The notes under the pieces were generated by a model, which saw only the letters and a program-made list of their open reading frames with translations, was not told the origin of the DNA and made no database searches. From Eledone cirrhosa (lineage: Eukaryota), in NCBI GenBank assembly GCA_964016885.1, contig OZ024750.1, positions 42,966,001 through 43,030,000 of the forward strand: a DNA stretch of 64,000 nt, given 5' to 3'. Numbering within the stretch: the first letter of the stretch is position 1; every line of letters begins with the position of its first letter. Of this stretch, positions 34,324 through 45,300 are shown piece by piece. A program made the position numbers and the translations under genes.

Positions 34324-35371
34324 CTAGTAAAGTTTGGACATATAATTAACTTCCTATTCAACTGAACAATCATATAGATACTTAGATATTAATGTTGTCA
34401 TCAACAGTTTCGTATTTACAGAGTGGAATGAATGTGACAGAGATTACAAGAGAATAGTATAATAATTAAAGCAGTATAGAGAGTGCAAATGCGTTAGGCA
34501 TATACAGGACAGTTAGGTAGTAAACAAGCAATAGTACTAGGCATATATAATTACTGCATGGCAAAGGTATCACATAAAATAACATAGGTTTACAAGCATA
34601 TCAAGCAGGCAAATGTGTTTGTGTATTAAAATTGAGTTTATGGTGGATGTAGTGTGACAATTGTTTCTGTAATGTTCAAATGTGCATGTGTTGAGAGTAT
34701 TATTATTATTGTTATCTTTTCCATTGCATTAGTTATATTTTATTTTAGTGAATGTTTATAAGATACAGCTATGGATTGTATACTGGTCCTATTATACTGT
34801 TATCCCGGGTTCGAGTTGTTCTGGAGTGATTCTTCTAACGGTTTAATTTCCGGAAGTGAGTTTGAGATCTATATTAAGGGGAGCTAATGTGAAAGGGGAG
34901 GTAATTAGCGATTAATTTGTATATGATAGAAAAAAAATAAATGTATAGTTGTTTACAGCTCCAATTAGTTAAATTCCTTGTGCTAATATACATTATATTG
35001 TATTACAAGTGAACCCCTTTTATATAATGTTATTTATTTATATTTAAATTTAAATATAATCTATTTCCCTATAATACATTAAAGGTCTCATTATATTGTT
35101 ATCTATCCATTACTGAATAAAATAAAGCTTATTTATATTTTAGTTTTTATTTTCTATCATTGTATTATTTTTCACTATAATTGCGATTCCTTATTAAATT
35201 CTGCTACTTTCTGAGATACTTTTAATTCCGGCCAAACATACCTATTCATATACTTAGGTACCAACATGCACACACAGAGTCACATATATGTATATTTACA
35301 CACACACAGACACGCACATATATTTATATTCACACACACATTTATTATTATTTACATATATACATATATAT

Positions 35372-35592
35372 GGTGGCTGCCAACTCGTTTTCGAGTATGG
35401 CCACTACTTTATATCCATGTAGGAGAACCCCTACCGATGCGCTGAACGAGTGTGACTTTTTAGTCCAGCCAGCGACTTGAAAACTCTGGTACAAACACTA
35501 CACTTGTGACAATTATTGTCACATAGTGCTGAGCCCATGGTACCATGTGACGACAAGTGCAGAGAGATCTCCAGATATAAAGCAATGCCTGT
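35372..35592 (-). mobile_element. 3'-part fragment of the non-autonomous RTE-derived element
   Basis: Reverse complement of about 37725-37945. Encodes HKCSVCTRVFKSLAGLKSHTRSAHR (C2H2). Confidence 0.8.
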
Positions 35593-36037
35593 GTATATAC
35601 ATATATATATATACACACATATATACTTATATATATTTACATATACATATATATATATATTCACATACACACACATATATATATATATATATGCAAGTAT
35701 TGCACCAAGAAAAATGAAACGTCTGTGTGAAGAAATTAGGAATTTATTTGTTTTAACATATGTTTCTTTGTCTATCATAATTGTTTACATATGCTGACTA
35801 CAATATATATTGTTCAATCATTTGCAATACTTAATTATTTATTACACTCCATCAGAAAGCCTATAAGTAGTGGAATTCAACTATTCATCACGAGGTAGGA
35901 TTCAGTAATGAGATTTTCGTTTAAAAAAATGTAAATAAGTTAAAAATAGCATGAAATGCAGTCAGTTAATGTGATAGAATATATCTATATATGTATATAT
36001 GTATATATATATATACTTATATACATACACATGTATT

Positions 36038-36103
<66 letters not shown>

Positions 36104-36106
<3 letters not shown>

Positions 36107-36665
36107 GGGTTGGACAAAATAATGGAAACACCTAGCATCATAGCATCAAAATTTTGAAATATCTATAAAACCATCAAAAGCTTGTTTATATTTATGTTTT
36201 TTGATTTATTAGTGTTGCTTAATATGTTTTGTTAAAATTGTTGTTTCTCTTCAGATATCATCAGAAAAAGGTAATTAAAATTCATTAAAATGTCAGATCT
36301 ATCGGACTTTGAAAGAGGTCAAATTGTTGGTGCTCGTATGGCAGGCGCTAGCGTAACGAAAACAGCCGAAATGTTTGGTGTATCAAGAAGTACTGTCTCG
36401 AAAGTAATGACAGCCTTTGAGAAAGAGGGAAAAACCTCCTTGTCGAAACAAAACTCCAGAAGAAAACCAAAACTTTCAGATAGGGACCGTCGGACTCTTA
36501 CGGGAATTGTTAGAAAGGATCACAAAAGTACAGCTCCCAAAGTTACTGCAGAGCTTAATGACCACCTCGAGAACAATAAAAATAAACAAGCTTTTGACGG
36601 TTTTATAGATATTTCAAAATTATGATGCTATGATGCTAGGTGTTTCCATTATTTTGTGCAACCCC

Positions 36666-36667
<2 letters not shown>
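36104..36667 (+). mobile_element. Internally deleted Tc1-like DNA transposon with about 85-bp TIRs and TA target duplication
   Basis: TA|CAGGGGTTGGACAAAATAATGGAAACACC...GGTGTTTCCATTATTTTGTGCAACCCCTG|TA. Confidence 0.92.
36290..36625 (+). pseudogene. N-terminal paired-like HTH DNA-binding domain of a Tc1 transposase (catalytic DDE domain deleted)
   Basis: MSDLSDFERGQIVGARMAGASVTKTAEMFGVSRSTVSKVM...KPKLSDRDRRTL; the frame runs into the right TIR. Confidence 0.88.
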
Positions 36668-36736
<69 letters not shown>

Positions 36737-36799
36737 GTATTGTATTGAATATCTGTTGATTCCACTGTTGAGTGTTTCAGTTGTTCCATCAACAGAACA

Positions 36800-37198
36800 T
36801 GCTGCTCATGAACCTAATGTGCAAGTGGCTGAGCATTGCACAGACACGTGTATCCTTAGTATAATTCAGGGAATTTCACTTTAACCCTTTAGCAATTAAA
36901 CTGGCCGTATCCGTCTCGAATTCCCTCACCTCTTTCTGTTCAAACTGGCTGCTCATACTTATGTTAAGCTATTGTTCGCAAAATAACATCAAAAATAACA
37001 TCAGCCAAATCTCATAGATTCGATATTATGTGAGATAATTATGTGAAGTAAAGCCTTTGCCATGGAGAGGGTTAAAAAGCTGGCCTTTTCAATTACAGGT
37101 ACAACTCATTTATGCCACCTGAGAGAAGTGGAACAACGTCAAATATAGTGATCACTACCTTACGGTCATGTGTCCGACACCCTAACCACTAAGCCAAA
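36800..37198 (-). mobile_element. Degenerate tRNA-derived SINE interrupted by a TTAA-flanked insert
   Basis: Minus-strand tRNA-like head tggcttagtggttagggtgtcggac near 37197. The remaining body is degenerate. Confidence 0.45.
36885..37071. mobile_element. Possible piggyBac-type MITE
   Basis: TTAA|CCCT...AGGG|TTAA ends. The TIR match beyond 4-6 bp is weak. Confidence 0.4.
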
Positions 37199-37255
37199 TA
37201 CGTGTCTACACGTATATTTATACACGCACACATATATATGCACGTATACACGACC

Positions 37256-37286
<31 letters not shown>

Positions 37287-37336
37287 TGTATGTATGTATG
37301 TATGTATGTATGTATGTATGTATGTATGTATGTATG

Positions 37337-37945
37337 TGTCAGGTCACCAGTTGGTGCTACTGGTAACATGTATCCCAGTACAACCTGTCTCATGGTCGGG
37401 TCGTTGGCGACTAAACTGGCAACCCCACCAAGGTTTCTTGGTGAGGAGGGTGACTTTGGACATCCTGCAGGACTAAAAACAAAACCTGTCAAAGGGCAAG
37501 GGAGCTCTTAAGACTCAATAGCCATCCAAAATCACCGGGAGAGATGACCCCTTAGCCTTTGTCAAGGCAGAATTCTAGGAGAAGGAAAACTCTGATATAA
37601 TACCTGCAACCCTGATGGTATCCAATGATGTTGACTTGTTCTTCTTTTTGGTAAATATCATCTTGGTTAAGAGAGTGGGACTGGCTTTGTGCAGTGCCTT
37701 TGCTCACTATAAAAGCTTCACAGCACAGGCATTGCTTTATATCTGGAGATCTCTCGGCACTTGTCATCACATGGTACCATGGGCCCTGCACTATGTGTCA
37801 ATAATGGTCACAAGTGTAGTCTTTGTGCCAGAGTTTTCAAGTCGCTGGCTGGACTAAAAAGTCACATTCGTTCAGCGCATCGGTAGGGGTTCTCCTACAT
37901 GGATATAAAGTAGTGGCCGTACTCGAAAACGAGTTGGCAGCCACC
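37337..37945 (+). mobile_element. Bipartite non-autonomous RTE-clade element, copy 1, with (TATG)n tail
   Basis: RTE-type 5' UTR motif ctaggagaaggaaaactctga joined to a 3' end encoding the C-terminal C2H2 finger (KCSLCARVFKSLAGLKSHIRSAHR). No EN or RT domain. Confidence 0.7.
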
Positions 37946-38028
37946 ATGTATGTATGTATGTATGTATGTATGTATGTATGTATGTATGTATGTATGTATG
38001 TATGTATGTATGTATGTATGTATGTATG

Positions 38029-38637
38029 TGTCAGGTCACCAGTTGGTGCTACTGGTAACATGTATCCCAGTACAACCTGTCTCATGGTCGGGTCGTTGGC
38101 GACTAAACTGGCAACCCCACCAAGGTTTCTTGGTGAGGAGGGTGACTTTGGACATCCTGCAGGACTAAAAACAAAACCTGTCAAAGGGCAAAGGAGCTCT
38201 TAAGAGTCAATGGCCATCCAAAATCACTGGGAGAGATGACCCCTTAGCCTTTGTCAAGGCAGAATTCTAGGAGAGGGAAAACTCTGATATAGCACCTGCA
38301 ACCCTGATGGTATCCAATGATGTTGACTTGTTCTTCTTTTTGGTAAATATCATCTTGGTTAAGAGAGTGGGACTGGCTTTGTGCAGTGCCTTTGCTCACT
38401 ATAAAAGCTTCACGGCACAGGCATTGCTTTATATCTGGAGATCTCTCTGCACTTGTCATCACATGGTACAATGGGGCCAGCACTATATGTCAGTAATTGT
38501 CACAAGAGTAGTGTTTGTACCAGAATTTTCAAGTCGCTGGCTGGACTAAAAAGTCACACTCGTTCAGTGCATCGGTAGGGGTTCTCCTACATGGATATAA
38601 AGTAGTGGCCGTACTCGAAAACGAGTTGGCGGCCACC
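38029..38637 (+). mobile_element. Bipartite non-autonomous RTE-clade element, copy 2 (head-to-tail, 692-bp offset)
   Basis: Slightly diverged direct repeat of 37337-37945, separated from it by (TATG)n. Confidence 0.7.
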
Positions 38638-38640
38638 ATG

Positions 38641-38875
38641 TATGTAACAGCTATGACCTCATCAGACAGCTAGATTTTGAACAGAAAAAACGCAGAAAAA
38701 CATAACGATGGAATAAAGCTTACTTCTGTTATTTTAATGTTTTGATATGCCCAGTGCTGAACTTTGGTGTTGTTCTCTCAAAGCACCGGTTGCACAATGG
38801 TTATCACCGAAATATATATAACAGCAGCCATGAATAAACGAAGTTAATTTTAATCTGTTGACTTACACTTCTTGT

Positions 38876-38878
<3 letters not shown>
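38641..38878. mobile_element. Relative of the 3447-3997 element whose hammerhead is split by an inversion
   Basis: Minus 38646-38670 reads gctgt-CTGATGA-ggtcatagctgtt. Plus 38796-38825 reads aatggttatcacc-GAAA-tatata-TA-acagc. It shares actgggcatatca and aataaacgaag with the 3.7-3.9 kb copy. Confidence 0.7.
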
Positions 38879-38910
<32 letters not shown>

Positions 38911-39019
38911 TAAACACCATTGTTTTTATCATAAACTAGAAAGACATTTTTATATGAAATTAGTCGATATTGTAGTTCAATATTTATATGTTTGTGTTTC
39001 TGTGCGCGCATGTTTGCAT

Positions 39020-39115
<96 letters not shown>

Positions 39116-39245
39116 TCATCCTCTCGCATACATACACACATACACACACACATATATGAATATGTATACACTCACACATACACAGACACGTATATACATA
39201 CATACATACATACATACATACATACATTCATACATTCATACATAT

Positions 39246-39329
<84 letters not shown>

Positions 39330-39469
39330 AATCAAATTAATTGTAATACTATAAATTTCCAGTCGCCAGCAATTTCAACATCCAAATTGGTTTGGCCCCA
39401 ATTTATTCCAACAATTAGTGTAAAACTCCATTATTTCTCATTATTATTGTTATTGATAAAAGCAAAGAA

Positions 39470-39668
39470 ATGGTAGAATCGGAAGAACGTCGGACAATCT
39501 GCCTCGAATTATTTGTTCCGGTTCATCAAAGTTTGAGTTCAATTCCTGCCGAGGTCAACTTTACCTTTGTCAATATAATATAAATACTTGTCAAATATCG
39601 GAGTCGATATAATCGATTTACCCCCCCCCCCGCAAATATTTGGCCTTGGGCCTAAATCAGAAACCATT
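39470..39668 (+). mobile_element. SINE family A, diverged copy
   Basis: tggtagaatcggaagaacgtcggac...gagttcaattcctgccgaggtcaacttt...ggccttgggcct. Confidence 0.6.
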
Positions 39669-39856
39669 CTTTTTCTTTTTCTTTTTCTTTCATTCTTTAC
39701 CCAGGATTGCTAAAAGAAATAAAAATAGCTTCAGCTACTCCCCCGTCTCTCACTCTCTTCTTCTTCTTCTTCTTCTTCTTCTTCTTCTTCTTCTTCTTCT
39801 TCTTCTTCTTCTTCTTCCTCTTCTAAAAAAAACGACGCTGAACTAATGTTCTTTAA

Positions 39857-40155
39857 CTATCCGTGAAAACTCTTTGAGATAGTACCTAGTGCTCCTATGA
39901 CAATCGGGACGACCTTGACCTCCTGACAGCCCCAAATCCTTTTAAATTCCCCCTTTAAATCCTGGTTAATTTTCTCCTTCTCATTTTCTTGCAGTCTTGT
40001 ATTAAAGGGGTAGACTATATCTACAATCAGCCAAGATGTTTTTTCCTTGTCCAAAACCACCAGGTCAGTCCTATTGTGTTCTAACTTCTTGTCTGTCTGT
40101 ATCCTGAAATCCCACAGCACCTTCACTTGACAGTTTTCCATCATCGACTGCTGCA
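39857..40155 (-). pseudogene. Restriction-like endonuclease (RLE) fragment of an R4/Dong-type non-LTR retrotransposon
   Basis: KVLWDFRIQTDKKLEHNRTDLVVLDKEK..LIVDIVYP..EKEK..DL..RIW..VKVVPIVIGALG, the RPD...D...K-type RLE motif. Confidence 0.8.
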
Positions 40156-40164
40156 GTATCTCCA

Positions 40165-40527
40165 GAGCATCGGACACCAGAATTCGCAGCATAGTCATGG
40201 CCCTTTACATTCTGAGTTCAAATCCCGCCGGGGTTAGCTTTGCCTCTCTTTCTTACAGTGGTCGATAAAATAAAGTACCAGTAATACACTGGGGTAATTG
40301 CTGGCCTTGTGCCAAAAGTAGAAACAATTATTATTGTAGCATGATGTTATGTCAGAATCTTAAAAACGTCGGCTAAAATACCTTTGGGTATTTAGATACG
40401 ACGCTTGACATCATGAGTTCAAATCCTGGGTTAATAAAATCAAGTACCAGTCATATACTGGCGGCAATTTAATCGATTGTTTTCCTTCTCATAAACTGTT
40501 GGCCTTGTGCCTGATTTAGAAGACATT
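40165..40527 (+). mobile_element. Two adjacent SINE family A copies (about 40165-40331 and 40338-40527)
   Basis: gagttcaaatcc...gataaaataaagtaccagt...ggccttgtgcc occurs twice. Confidence 0.7.
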
Positions 40528-40598
40528 ACATGACTTAATTTCCGCAATGAAAGATTGCAACAACAACAACAACATCAACGTCAACAACAACAGCAGGT

Positions 40599-40629
<31 letters not shown>

Positions 40630-40827
40630 CCACCAACAACATCAACAACAACAACAACACCAACAACACCACCACCAGCACCACCACCAACAACAACAAC
40701 AACACCAAAACCACCACCAACAACAACAACAAAATAAATTAAACAAAGCATGTTTTGTTTATCAACGTCTGGAAATTAAAAGTTGATTTAGATGAGAATA
40801 TATTGAAAAAAAAAAATTACTTTAGGT

Positions 40828-42290
40828 AGGGTGTGGTATGGTGTGGTGTGGTGTAGTATGGTATTGGTGTGGTTTGGTGTGGTGTGGTGTAGTGCAGTGT
40901 GGTGTGGCGTGGCGTGGCGTGGCGTGGCGTGGCGTGGCGTGGCGTGGCGTGGCATGGCGTGGCGTGGCGTGGCGTGGTGTAGTGTAGTGTAGTGTAGTGT
41001 AGTGTGGTGTGGTGTGGTGTGGTGTGGTGTGTAGCGTGTAGCGTGGTGTGTTGGTGTGGTGTGTTGGTGTGGTCTGGTATTGGTGCTGGTGTGGTGTGGT
41101 ATTGGTGTGGTCTGGTATTGGTGTGATGTGGTGTGGTATTGGTGTGGTCAGTATTGGTGTGGTGTGGTATTGGTGTGGTATTGGTGTGGTATTGGTGTGG
41201 TGTGGTGTGGTATTGGTGTGGTATTGGTGTGGTGTGGTATTGGTGTGGTGTGGTGTGGTATTGGTGTGGTATTGGTGTGGTGTGGTATTGGTGTGGTGTG
41301 GTGTGGTGTGGTATTGGTGTGGTATTGGTGTGGTGTGGTATTGGTGTGGTGTGGTGTGGTATTGGTGTGGTGTAGTGTGGTATTGGTGTGGTGTGGTGTG
41401 GTATTGGTGTGGTATTGGTGTGGTATGGTGTGGTGTGGTATTGGTGTGGTGTGGTGTGGTAGTGGTGTGGTATTGGTGTGGTATTGGTGTGGTGTGGTAT
41501 TGGTGTGGTGTGGTGTGGTGTGGTATTGGTGTGGTATTGGTGTAGTGTGGTGTGGTATTGGTGTGGTGTGGTATTGGTGTGGTATTGGTGTGGTGTGGTG
41601 TGGTATTGGTGTGGTATTGGTGTGGTGTGGTGTGGTATTGGTGTGGTGTGGTATTGGTGTGGTATTGGTGTGGTGTGGTATTGGTGTGGTATTGGTGTGC
41701 TGTGGTATTGGTGTGGTATTGGTGTGGTGTGGTGTGGTATTGGTGTGGTATTGGTGTGGTGTGGTATTGGTGTGGTGTGGTATTGATGTGGTGTGGTATT
41801 GGTGTGGTATTGGTGTGGTGTGGTATTGGTGTGGTGTGGTATTGGTGTGGTGTGTTGTGGTATTGGTGTGGTATTGGTGTGGTGTGGTGTGGTGTGGTGT
41901 GGTGTGGTTTGGTGTGGTGTGGTATTGGTGTGGTGTGGTATTGGTGTGGTGTGGTGTGGTGTGGTATTGGTGTGGTGTGGTATTGGTGTGGTGTGTTGTG
42001 GTATTGGTGTGGTATTGGTGTGGTGTGGTGTGGTGTGGTGTAGTGTGGTGTGGTGTGGTTTGGTGTGGTGTGGTATTGGTGTGGTGTGGTATTGGTGTGG
42101 TGTGGTGTGGTGTGGTATTGGTGTGGTGTGGTATTGGTGTGGTATTGGTGTGGTGTGGTGTGGTGTGGTATTGGTGTGGTGTGGTATTGGTGTGGTGTGG
42201 TATTGGTGTGGTGTGGTGTGGTATTGGTGTGGTGTGGTGTGGTGTGGTATTGGTGTGGTGTGGTATTGGTGTGGTGTGGTGTGGTATAGT
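40828..42290. repeat. (GGTGT)n pentamer satellite interspersed with GGTATT
   Basis: Direct inspection. Confidence 0.95.
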
Positions 42291-42300
42291 ATTGATTTAG

Positions 42301-45300
42301 TATTGGTAATAGTGTTGGTGGTGGTAGTGATAGTGTTGGTGGTGGTAGTGATAGTGTTGGTGGTGGTAGTGATACGGTTGGTGGTGGTAGTGATAGTGTT
42401 GGTGGTAGTAGTGATAATGTAGTTGGTGGTGGTAGTGATAGTGTTGGTGGTGGTAGTGATAGAGTTGGTGGTGGTAGTGATAGTGTTGTTGGTGGTAGTG
42501 ATAGAGTTGGTGGTGGGAGTGTTAGTGTTGTTGGTGTTAGTGATAGAGTTGGTGGTGGTAGTGTTAGTGTTGTTGGTGGTGGTAGTGATAGTGTTGGTGG
42601 TGGTGGTAGTGATAGTGTTGTTGGTGGTAGTGATAGTGTTGTTGGTGGTAGTGATAGTGTTGGTGGTAGTAGTGATAGTGTTGGTGGTAGTAGTGATAGT
42701 GTTAGTGGTGGTAGTGATAGTGTTGGTGGTGGTAGTGATAGTGTTGGTGGTAGTGATAGTGTTGGTGGTAGTAGTGATAGTGTTGGTGGTAGTAGTGATA
42801 GTGTTAGTGGTGGTAGTGATAGTGTTGGTGGTGGTAGTGATAGTGTTAGTGGTGGTAGTGATAGTGTTGGTGGTAGTAGTGATAGTGTTGTTGGTGGTAG
42901 TGATAGTGTTGGTGGTGGTAGTGATAGTGTTAGTGGTGGTAGTGATAGTGTTGGTGGTAGTAGTGATAGTGTTGTTGGTGGTAGTGATAGTGTTGGTGGT
43001 AGTAGTGATAGTGTTGTTGGTGGTAGTGATAGTGTTGGTGGTGGTAGTGATAGTGTTGGTGGTAGTGATAGTGTTGGTGGTAGTAGTGATAGTGTTGGTG
43101 GTAGTAGTGATAGTGTTAGTGGTGGTAGTGATAGTGTTGGTGGTAGTAGTGATAGTGTTGGTGGTGGTAGTGATAGTGTTGTTGGTAGTAGTGATAGTGT
43201 TAGTGGTGGTAGTGATAGTGTTGGTGGTGGTAGTGATAGTGTTGTTGGTAGTAGTGATAGTGTTGTTGGTGGTAGTCATAGTGTTGGTGGTGGTAGTGAT
43301 TGTGTTGGTGGTAGTAGTGATAATGTTGTTGGTGGTAGTGATAGTGTTGGTGGTAGTAGTGATAGTGTTGGTGGTGGTAGTGATAGTGTTGTTGGTGGTA
43401 GTGATAGTGTTGGTGGTGGTAGTGATAGTGTTGTTGGTGGTAGTGATAGTGTTGGTGGTAGTAGTGATAGTGTTGGTGGTGGTAGTGATAGTGTTAGTGG
43501 TGGTAGTGATAGTGTTGGTGGTGGTAGTGATAGTGTTGGTGGTGGTAGTGATAGTGTTAGTGGTGTAGTGATAGTGTTGGTGGTGGTAGTGATAGTGTTG
43601 GTGGTAGTAGTGATAGTGTTGGTGGTGGTAGTGATAGTGTTAGTGGTGTAGTGATAGTGTTGGTGGTGGTAGTGATAGTGTTGGTGGTAGTAGTGATAGT
43701 GTTGGTGGTGGTGGTAGTGATAGTGTAGTTGGTGGTAGTGATAGTGTTAGTGGTGGTAGTGATAGTGTTGGTGGTGGTAGTGATAGTGTTGGTGGTGGTA
43801 GTGATAGTGTTTCTGGTGGTAGTGATAGTGTTGGTAGTGGTAGTGATAGTGTTGGTGGTGGTAGTGATAGTGTTGGTGGTGGTAGTGATAGTGTTGGTGG
43901 TAGTAGTGATAGTGTTGGTGGTGGTAGTGATAGTGTTGGTGGTAGTAGTGATAGTGTTGGTGGTGGTGGTAGTGATAGTGTAGTTGGTGGTAGTGATAGT
44001 GTTAGTGGTGGTAGTGATAGTGTTGGTGGTGGTAGTGATAGTGTTGGTGGTGGTAGTGATAGTGTTGGTGGTGCTAGTGATAGTGTTGCTGGTGGTAGTG
44101 ATAGTGTTGGTGGTAGTGATAGTGTTGGTGGTGGTAGTGATAGTGTTGGTGGTGGTAGTGATAGTGTTGGTGGTAGTAGTGATAGTGTTGGTGGTGATAG
44201 TGATAGTGTTGGTGGTAGTAGTGATAGTGTTGTTGGTGGTAGTGATAGTGTTGATGGTGGTAGTGATAGTGTTGGTGGTGGTAGTGATAGTGTTGTTGGT
44301 GGTGGTAGTGATAGTGTTGGTGGTGGTAGTCATAGTGTTGGTGGTGGTAGTGATAGTGTTGTTGGTGGTGGTAGTGATAGTGTTGGTGGTGGTAGTGATA
44401 GTGTTGGTGGTGGTAGTGATAGTGTTGTTGGTGGTAGTGATAGTGTTGGTGGTGGTAGTGATAGTGTTGGTGGTGGTAGTGATAGTGTTGTTGGTGGTGG
44501 TAGTGATAGTGTTGGTGGTGGTAGTGATAGTGTTGGTGGTGGTAGTGATAGTGTTGGTGGTGGTAGTGATAGTGTTGTTGGTGGTAGTGATAGTGTTGGT
44601 GGTGGTAGTGATTGTCTTGTTGTTGGTAGTGATAGTGTTGTTGGTGGTAGTGATAGTGTTGTTGGTGGTAGTGATAGTGTTGTTGGTGGTAGTGATAGTG
44701 TTGTTGGTGGTAGTGATAGTGTTGGTGGTGGTAGTGATAGTGTTGTTGGTGGTGGTAGTGATAGTGTTGGTGGTGGTAGTTATAGTGTTGGTGGTGGTAG
44801 TGATAGTGTTAGTGGTGGTAGTGATAGTGTTAGTGGTGGTAGTGATAGTGTTGGTGGTGGTAGTGATAGTGTTGGTGGTGGTAGTGATAGTGTTGTTGGT
44901 GGTAGTGATAGTGTTGGTGGTGGTAGTGATAGTGTTGTTGGTGGTAGTGATAGTGTTGGTGGTGGTAGTGATAGTGTTGTTGGTGGTAGTGATAGTGTTG
45001 TTGGTGGTAGTGATAGTGTTGGTGGTGGTAGTGATAGTGTTGTTGGTGGTAGTGATAGTGTTAGTGGTGGTAGTGATAGTGTTGGTGGTGGTAGTGATAG
45101 TGTTGGTGGTGGTAGTGATAGTGTTGGTGGTGGTAGTGATAGTGTTAGTGGTGGTAGTGATAGTGTTGGTGGTGGTAGTGATAGTGTTGGTGGTGGTAGT
45201 GATAGTGTTGTTGGTGGTAGTGATAGTGTTGGTGGTGGTAGTGATAGTGTTGGTGGTGGTGGTAGTGATAGTGTTGGTGGTGGTAGTGATAGTGTTGTTG

